Positions 58,483 through 64,000 of a stretch of DNA of 64,000 bases are shown one piece after another (the first letter of the stretch is position 1; each line of letters opens with the position of its first letter). Source of the stretch: Alphaproteobacteria bacterium (GTDB taxonomy: Bacteria > Pseudomonadota > Alphaproteobacteria > JABAAW01); contig OZ244186.1 of assembly GCA_965216625.1 (NCBI GenBank), forward strand, positions 1,612,315 to 1,676,314. The letters run 5' to 3'. The notes under the pieces were generated by a model that was not told where the DNA came from, did no database searches, and worked only from the letters and a program-made list of their open reading frames with translations. A program made the translations under genes and the position numbers.

Positions 58483-59913
58483 CTACTTGCCAATGCAAAA
58501 GTCGGCAAAAATCCTATCCAACAACGCCTCAATATCACGCCCCCCAACAAGCCTCGCCATCGCCCCCCGCGCATCCCGCAACCCCTCGCCAACAAGTCCC
58601 CAATCCGTTCGCTCCCTCGTCTCCTCCTCCAAAACTCCCCGCAACCCAACGACCGCCTCAAGCAATCCCTCCCTATGACGCGCCCGCGTCGGAGCAACAG
58701 CCGAAAGCATCGATACTCTCTCCCCCAAAGCACACCCCAAAGCCTCAAGAAAAATCCCCATACCATCCCCCGTCCTCGCCGACACAAGAAAAACCCCCGC
58801 AAGTAAAGCGATTTTATTCTTAATTTTATTCTTGGCTTCCTCGTCAAGCAGATCGCTCTTGTTAAAAAGAAGTATGTCAGGCTCAACCCCGTCTTCCTCG
58901 CCCTCCTCCCCCGCCCTGCTCGCCAATGCCCCAAGCGTCTCCCTGCTCGCCAATCGCTCAAGCGTCTTCCCGCACGCCTCCTCGATTCGAACGACAAGAT
59001 CTGCCTCCTTCGCGCTCGCTTGCGCACGACGGATGCCCTCGGCTTCGACCGCATTCTCAGCTTTTCGCAGCCCCGCCGTGTCGAGAAGGTCTACAGGCAA
59101 CGACGCTATCTCTGTGCGCACACGCAACACATCGCGCGTCGTGCCAGGGGTTTCGGCAACAATGGCGACCTCGCTCAAAGCGATGCGATTCAACAACGAC
59201 GACTTCCCCACATTCGGCGCACCCGTAAAAGCAACCGAAAGCCCCGTCCGCACACGCTCCGCCCTCTCTCCAAGCGCGAGATGAGCCTCGATCTGCTCGA
59301 CCAGATTTCGCAACTCAGCGCTTCGCAACTCCGTATCTTGTTGCGACGAAGGGAGGTCTTCGTCGGCAAAATCGATGTTAGCCTCGCACTGACAGAGCAA
59401 AGCAAAAATGCGTTCTTCCCACCCGCCGTAAAGCGTAGCGAGCGCGCCCTCGCTTTGCGCGAACGCCTGCCTGCGCTGCGCCTGCGTCTCGGCAGCGACA
59501 AGGTCCAGCAACCCCTCGGCTTGCGTGAGCGAGATCTTTCCTGCCACGAGCGCACGGCGAGTGAACTCGCCGCGCCCCGCTTGTCGCAAAGCCAGCTGCG
59601 GATGGCTACGCCAAGCGTCCAGCACGGCTTCGACGGCGGCACGCGAGCCGTGGCAGTGGATTTCCACCATGTCCTCGCCGGTGTAGCTTTTGGGCGCGCA
59701 AAAGCGCACGGTCATCGCGCGATCGATCGGCTCAGAGCTAGAGGGATGCTTCAGCAGACGCGGCAACAGCTGCGCGTGCGCTTGCAAGCGTCCCTGCAAA
59801 CATTCGAGCGCGAGAAAAGCCTGCTCGCCCGATACACGCAACACAGAAATAGCAACGCGCCCTGTGCCGCTTGCCAGCGCGTAGATGGTGTCGGCGTTAT
59901 CGGTTGCGGACAT
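58483..59913 (-). CDS. mnmE: tRNA modification GTPase MnmE
   Basis: DTIYALAS, SYTGEDMVE, GAPNVGKSS, GTTRD, DTAG, FCIGK C-terminus. Confidence 0.96.
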   Translation of the reverse strand: MSATDNADTIYALASGTGRVAISVLRVSGEQAFLALECLQGRLQAHAQLLPRLLKHPSSSEPIDRAMTVRFCAPKSYTGEDMVEIHCHGSRAAVEAVLDAWRSHPQLALRQAGRGEFTRRALVAGKISLTQAEGLLDLVAAETQAQRRQAFAQSEGALATLYGGWEERIFALLCQCEANIDFADEDLPSSQQDTELRSAELRNLVEQIEAHLALGERAERVRTGLSVAFTGAPNVGKSSLLNRIALSEVAIVAETPGTTRDVLRVRTEIASLPVDLLDTAGLRKAENAVEAEGIRRAQASAKEADLVVRIEEACGKTLERLASRETLGALASRAGEEGEEDGVEPDILLFNKSDLLDEEAKNKIKNKIALLAGVFLVSARTGDGMGIFLEALGCALGERVSMLSAVAPTRARHREGLLEAVVGLRGVLEEETRERTDWGLVGEGLRDARGAMARLVGGRDIEALLDRIFADFCIGK

Positions 59914-59924
59914 ATCTGAGAGGC

Positions 59925-60515
59925 TCAGCCGATTTTTTGTCGTGCTTCGATTGCCGTCGACAGCGTTCCTTCGTCCATATAGTCGAGCTCGCCCCCGACC
60001 GGCACGCCGCGCGCAAGCCGAGATGTTTTGACACCCAAGCGCGCCAATCGTGCTGCGATGTAGTGGGCGGTCGTCTGTCCTTCGAGCGTGAGATTTGTTG
60101 CGAGGATGACTTCACGAATCTCAAAGTCTTTGACGCGCTGTTCGAGATTGGCGAGCCTGAGGTCGTCGGGGCCGATACCATTGAGCGCAGAAAGAACGCC
60201 GCCCAGAACATGGTATTGCCCTCGGTAGCAGTCGCTGCGCTCCAACGCCCACAGGTCGGCGATTTGCTCGACGACGCAGAGAAGGCTGCGGTCGCGTTTG
60301 CTATCGAGGCAGAGATGGCAGGGCGAGCGTTCGTCCCAATTGCCGCAGACGCTGCACACAGCGAGAGTATCGGCAAGCTGTCGTAAGTCTTGAGCAAGCG
60401 GCAACAAAAGGGTTTCGCGGCGCGCTAACAAATGTTGCACAACGCGCCGTGCCGAGCGCGGACCCAACCCCGGTAGACGCGCGAGCATACGGGTTAAATT
60501 TTCTACCTGCTTCAC
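59925..60515 (-). CDS. recR: Recombination mediator RecR
   Basis: LPGLGPRSARR, CxxC zinc finger, YHVLGG, EGQTTA. Confidence 0.96.
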   Translation of the reverse strand: MKQVENLTRMLARLPGLGPRSARRVVQHLLARRETLLLPLAQDLRQLADTLAVCSVCGNWDERSPCHLCLDSKRDRSLLCVVEQIADLWALERSDCYRGQYHVLGGVLSALNGIGPDDLRLANLEQRVKDFEIREVILATNLTLEGQTTAHYIAARLARLGVKTSRLARGVPVGGELDYMDEGTLSTAIEARQKIG

Positions 60516-61294
60516 GGCGACGCCTCTGCCAGCAGCTCTTCTACGAGCTTTGGGATTTCAAGCGATGCCTTGCCGTAGCGATGCTCTTCGAGCAGGGGAG
60601 AGATTTCTGTGGGTTCGATATTGACCTCCAGCGTGCGAGCAGCGCGTGCGTGCGAGACGAATCCCGCCGCAGGATAGACCGCGCCCGCCGTTCCCACCGC
60701 GATGAACAGACGGCATTGTTCCAACAGCTTATAGACGAGCGGCAGCTTGTAAGGCACTTCGCCGAAAAAAACGACATCGGGACGCATCCCCCCCGCAGCT
60801 CCGCAGGCTTGACACACGCTCATCGCGGAGAGGTCTTCTTCACAACGCGCACGCGCATCGCAGAGCGAACAGAGCGAGCGCAGCGTCTCGCCGTGAATAT
60901 GGACGATATTGCTATCATCTCGCCATATGAATGGCTTTGTGAATGGTTTGTCCTTCTTTGTCTTGTCGTCGAGAATTTTTTGTACTGCGCGTTCGTGCAG
61001 GTCGTCGATGTTTTGTGTAACGATCGTGCAAGGAGCTTGCCAGCGTTGTTGCAATTTCGCCAGCGCGAGGTGGGCGGCGTTAGGGAGGATTCGGATGTTG
61101 TCGTTTAACAGCTCCCCGCGTCGTTCATTGTAGAACTCTTGGACGAGGGTAGGATTTTGCTGCCACCCCTCGATGCTCGCTACTTTTTGCGGATCGTAGC
61201 GATCCCAAATGCCACCCTTGTCGCGGAAGGTATCCAGCCCCGATTCGCGCGAGATCCCTGCGCCGCTGAGAATAACGATGGGGTAAGAAGACAT
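60512..61294 (-). CDS. cobB: NAD-dependent deacylase (sirtuin)
   Basis: SGAGISRESG, TQNIDDLHE, HIHG, RPDVVFFGE, VYPAAG. Confidence 0.92.
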   Translation of the reverse strand: MSSYPIVILSGAGISRESGLDTFRDKGGIWDRYDPQKVASIEGWQQNPTLVQEFYNERRGELLNDNIRILPNAAHLALAKLQQRWQAPCTIVTQNIDDLHERAVQKILDDKTKKDKPFTKPFIWRDDSNIVHIHGETLRSLCSLCDARARCEEDLSAMSVCQACGAAGGMRPDVVFFGEVPYKLPLVYKLLEQCRLFIAVGTAGAVYPAAGFVSHARAARTLEVNIEPTEISPLLEEHRYGKASLEIPKLVEELLAEASP

Positions 61295-61305
61295 GCAAGT
61301 AGCGC

Positions 61306-61881
61306 TCATCGTTGGAAGAAGGGGTGTTCTGCTCGGTCGCCCGTGGCGAGATCGAGGCGCGAGACGCTGCCGGCGGCGAGTTCCAACACGGCGGAGATGG
61401 CTTGCTTTGAGCGGATGCGCGCAAGCGACAAGGGAGTCGTCCTTTCGACGATTTGCACAACCTTGCCATCGCGATCGAGAAAGAGCATGTCCAGCGGAAG
61501 GTAGGTATTCTTCATCCACATGACAACCCGCTGCGGCGGAGAGTGAAGAAAAAGCATGCCGTGCTTCGCGGCAAGCCTCGTGCGAAACATGAGCCCGCGG
61601 CTTTGCTCGGCGGGGGAGACGGCTAGCTCCACGCTGAACTTGTGGAGAGTGCCTGCGCGCGTGCGCAGAAGCAGCGTCTCCGAGCTTTGCTCCAAGCTTT
61701 GCTCCGAGTTTTGCTCAGAGACAGCGGGGGCGACAGAAACAGCTTGGAAAACGAGAAAAATAGCCAAAAGCAAGGAGAAAACTCGCACGCTTGTTCGCAT
61801 CCTTGCGAGGCAACACGGCAACGCAACAAGAGCGGACGGGGGGGGTGAGGAGGGGGGGCTATGGTGCTCTCTGTCGGTCAT
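61306..61881 (-). CDS. DUF192 family protein
   Basis: RGLMFR, GMLF, MWMKNTYLPLDMLF, VLELAAG. Confidence 0.9.
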   Translation of the reverse strand: MTDREHHSPPSSPPPSALVALPCCLARMRTSVRVFSLLLAIFLVFQAVSVAPAVSEQNSEQSLEQSSETLLLRTRAGTLHKFSVELAVSPAEQSRGLMFRTRLAAKHGMLFLHSPPQRVVMWMKNTYLPLDMLFLDRDGKVVQIVERTTPLSLARIRSKQAISAVLELAAGSVSRLDLATGDRAEHPFFQR

Positions 61882-62065
61882 GGAGCAAGCAGTATAGGCT
61901 TGTTTTCCCGCTTTGTTGGCTTGCCTTGTTGGTTTGGGGCGGAGGCGGTTGTTAAAGCATTTACTACTAGTGGTAGAAGTTAATTTTCATCTCTATTGCA
62001 AATCTTCTCTTTTTTGGCAAAGTTCAATCGTCTTCAAAGAAAGAGAAGGGTCGAAGAAACACACC

Positions 62066-63985
62066 ATGCAAAAGGATGAAGAAAGTTTGCGATGGTTATG
62101 GTTATGGCTATGGCTTGGGCGATTCCAATGGCAATGCCCGAAAAAGTTGTCATGTCGCCTATGTTTAACCTTGTGGCTGGGCTACGGAAGCATCGTTTGC
62201 ACGCCCGCTAGCGCGCAACAACCCGTTGATAGCGATAGCGCAGAGGAGACAGAAAAACGCTTTCGCTGGACTACGACAAGCAAGGTCTACCTGCGCTACG
62301 GCGGCATCCGACCTCCGCAACCGACCAATCTGTTCGGATTTAGACGCGGCCTGGACGACTATGAAGAAGGCTTTCTGATGGACTCTGAAGGAAACCCTCG
62401 TACGCTGACGAACAGGGAAATCGACCTTCTTTCCTTGCCGGACGAGACACGCAACCTTCTTTCGCTGAAAAATGAAGAACGTGAGCAACGTTTGCTGTCG
62501 GAAGATGAAAGCAAACATTTTTTTCAGTCTTACAACGCGCCCTCGTTGGAGACGGACGATATTGGCTTGGATCTCTACGAGCTACTTTTGGGGTTTGAGG
62601 CAAGCTCTGCCCAGGGCAAGAAGTGGCAGGGCAAGGCGCGCGCGACGTTGGATGTTTTTGAACTAGGCGCGCGGCTTTCTGATAACGACTGGGGCGGTAG
62701 GCTTGTCGAAGCCGACGACTTCGATTCGTTCGGTGTGCGCGAAGCCTTTCTCTCGCTCGCTGGTAAGAAGGCGGGCGAGTTGCGCATCGGCATCACGGAG
62801 GGGGTGGTGCGAAGGTTGGACGCGGGCGCGAGCGAAATCAATGCGGGCAACGGATTCTTCGGCGATGTTTCACGAACGCCATGGCATATCCAACAGCTGG
62901 GATGGCAGCTGGGAAGCGCTGCGAGCGACAACTTCCCTAAAGTTCAATACCTTACCCCCAAGCTTGGCAGTATATCCATCGGCGCAGAATGGTTTTCCAA
63001 CCTGCGCACACCCGACAACAACCTCAGGTCCTTCTCCCGCGACAGCTCCTCCCTCTGTTTTCCTTCCCTCTTCTACACCAAAGACAAAAAACTCTTTGAA
63101 CTCAAAAAAGGAAATACAAAATTCAGACTGTACAACAATAGAGAAAAACCCCTGACTGAAGACAATCTTGGTCAAGGGGATACTGTTAATTACTATCTCC
63201 TGAAGAATCTCCCGCCTGGTATTGACAAGGTGGGTTGTTGGCAAATCTCACCTACGGGCTCCATGTGGCACGAAGACGCGCGCCCTTCGATCATGGGCGG
63301 CAATGTCGCCGTCGCCTATGAAAAAGATTTTCCTGAAAAAAAGCTGTCGCTGAAATTCACCGCGCGCTACGGCGTCCGTTCTTCCGAAGCCGAGGCTGTA
63401 GAATCCAACGATATTCTGGAAAACCTTTTTGTTTCTAATGTTCCGGATGTGCAGAAGGAAGCATCGCTACAGATTAACCATAAGGCAAGCCAGCTAGAAC
63501 AAGCTGTAGGCTTCAGCATGGGGTTGAATTGGTACGACAACGGCTTTTTCGGCGGTGTCACCTATCAATTTCCCGCCTCCATCCACTTGGAAAATGTTGG
63601 AGGGGAGGCTATTTCAGAAAAAGGTGCCGAGGCTCTCTTGTGGTCTGTCGGCTTCAAGACTGCGCAATTGATTCCGCTCAAAAAAGACGACAACGGCAAG
63701 CGCAAGAAAAAAGGAGCGTTTTCGGTATCCTTCACGCAAGCCATGACGAAAGACCCGCGCTACAAGGAAGCCGAGCAAGAAAAAACCTTTTTGCTCAATG
63801 TGCAAAGCCTCTACCCGATCACAAAAAACCTGACGCTGGTCTTAGACTACTACTACGGCGAGGCAGCCGTTTCCGTGCCTTTCTTCGTAACTACAAGGGC
63901 TTATCCCAGCCAAGGCGTTCTTTTCTTTGAACGACGGCTTGTGCCAAGCCACGAGATCGTCGTCGGCTTGAAGATGGCATTCTAG
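62066..63985 (+). CDS. Large outer-membrane porin-like beta-barrel protein
   Basis: Signal ending ASAQ, REAFLSL..GELRIG, KVQYLTPKLG, C-terminal GLKMAF; start uncertain (ORF open from 61913). Confidence 0.65.
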   Translation: MQKDEESLRWLWLWLWLGRFQWQCPKKLSCRLCLTLWLGYGSIVCTPASAQQPVDSDSAEETEKRFRWTTTSKVYLRYGGIRPPQPTNLFGFRRGLDDYEEGFLMDSEGNPRTLTNREIDLLSLPDETRNLLSLKNEEREQRLLSEDESKHFFQSYNAPSLETDDIGLDLYELLLGFEASSAQGKKWQGKARATLDVFELGARLSDNDWGGRLVEADDFDSFGVREAFLSLAGKKAGELRIGITEGVVRRLDAGASEINAGNGFFGDVSRTPWHIQQLGWQLGSAASDNFPKVQYLTPKLGSISIGAEWFSNLRTPDNNLRSFSRDSSSLCFPSLFYTKDKKLFELKKGNTKFRLYNNREKPLTEDNLGQGDTVNYYLLKNLPPGIDKVGCWQISPTGSMWHEDARPSIMGGNVAVAYEKDFPEKKLSLKFTARYGVRSSEAEAVESNDILENLFVSNVPDVQKEASLQINHKASQLEQAVGFSMGLNWYDNGFFGGVTYQFPASIHLENVGGEAISEKGAEALLWSVGFKTAQLIPLKKDDNGKRKKKGAFSVSFTQAMTKDPRYKEAEQEKTFLLNVQSLYPITKNLTLVLDYYYGEAAVSVPFFVTTRAYPSQGVLFFERRLVPSHEIVVGLKMAF

Positions 63986-64000
63986 CCTTTTATAAAATAG

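Overview
Chromosomal window from an alphaproteobacterium (inferred from gene order and protein families), mostly housekeeping: a complete ccmABCDEFGHI operon, hisZ-purA-zapE-purEK-rluB-rsmD, purNM/DUF2066/AI-2E/hda, class II RNR nrdJ, NDUFA12-mlaD-mlaD-DUF2155, the aa3 oxidase operon, ribB-znuACB, olsB/olsA, ppa-yebC-ruvCAB-ybgC-tolQRAB, mnmE-recR-cobB, a large porin and two tRNAs (Met-CAT, Ser-CGA). Four things stand out. (1) A modular, hairpin-rich intergenic repeat family has 5 copies, and most of its loops read as DNA-type C-GNA-G triloops on one strand. The copies sit where the + strand flips from G/T-rich (left) to C/A-rich (right) over roughly 0.5-1.5 kb, regardless of gene direction, which looks like a local ssDNA-deamination halo. 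(2) A mycobacterial-type polyprenyl-phosphoryl-arabinose pathway (UbiA/DprE1/DprE2-like) lies beside tRNA-Ser and three tandem, mosaic GT-C-like membrane proteins, a candidate variable surface-arabinosylation system. (3) A methyltransferase islet is bracketed by a 66-bp exact duplication of the 3' end of cox3. (4) Micro-duplications of about 12 nt are pervasive inside core genes. No integrase, transposase, reverse transcriptase or cas gene is visible. All calls come from motif recognition by eye, base counts were done by hand, and no searches were run.
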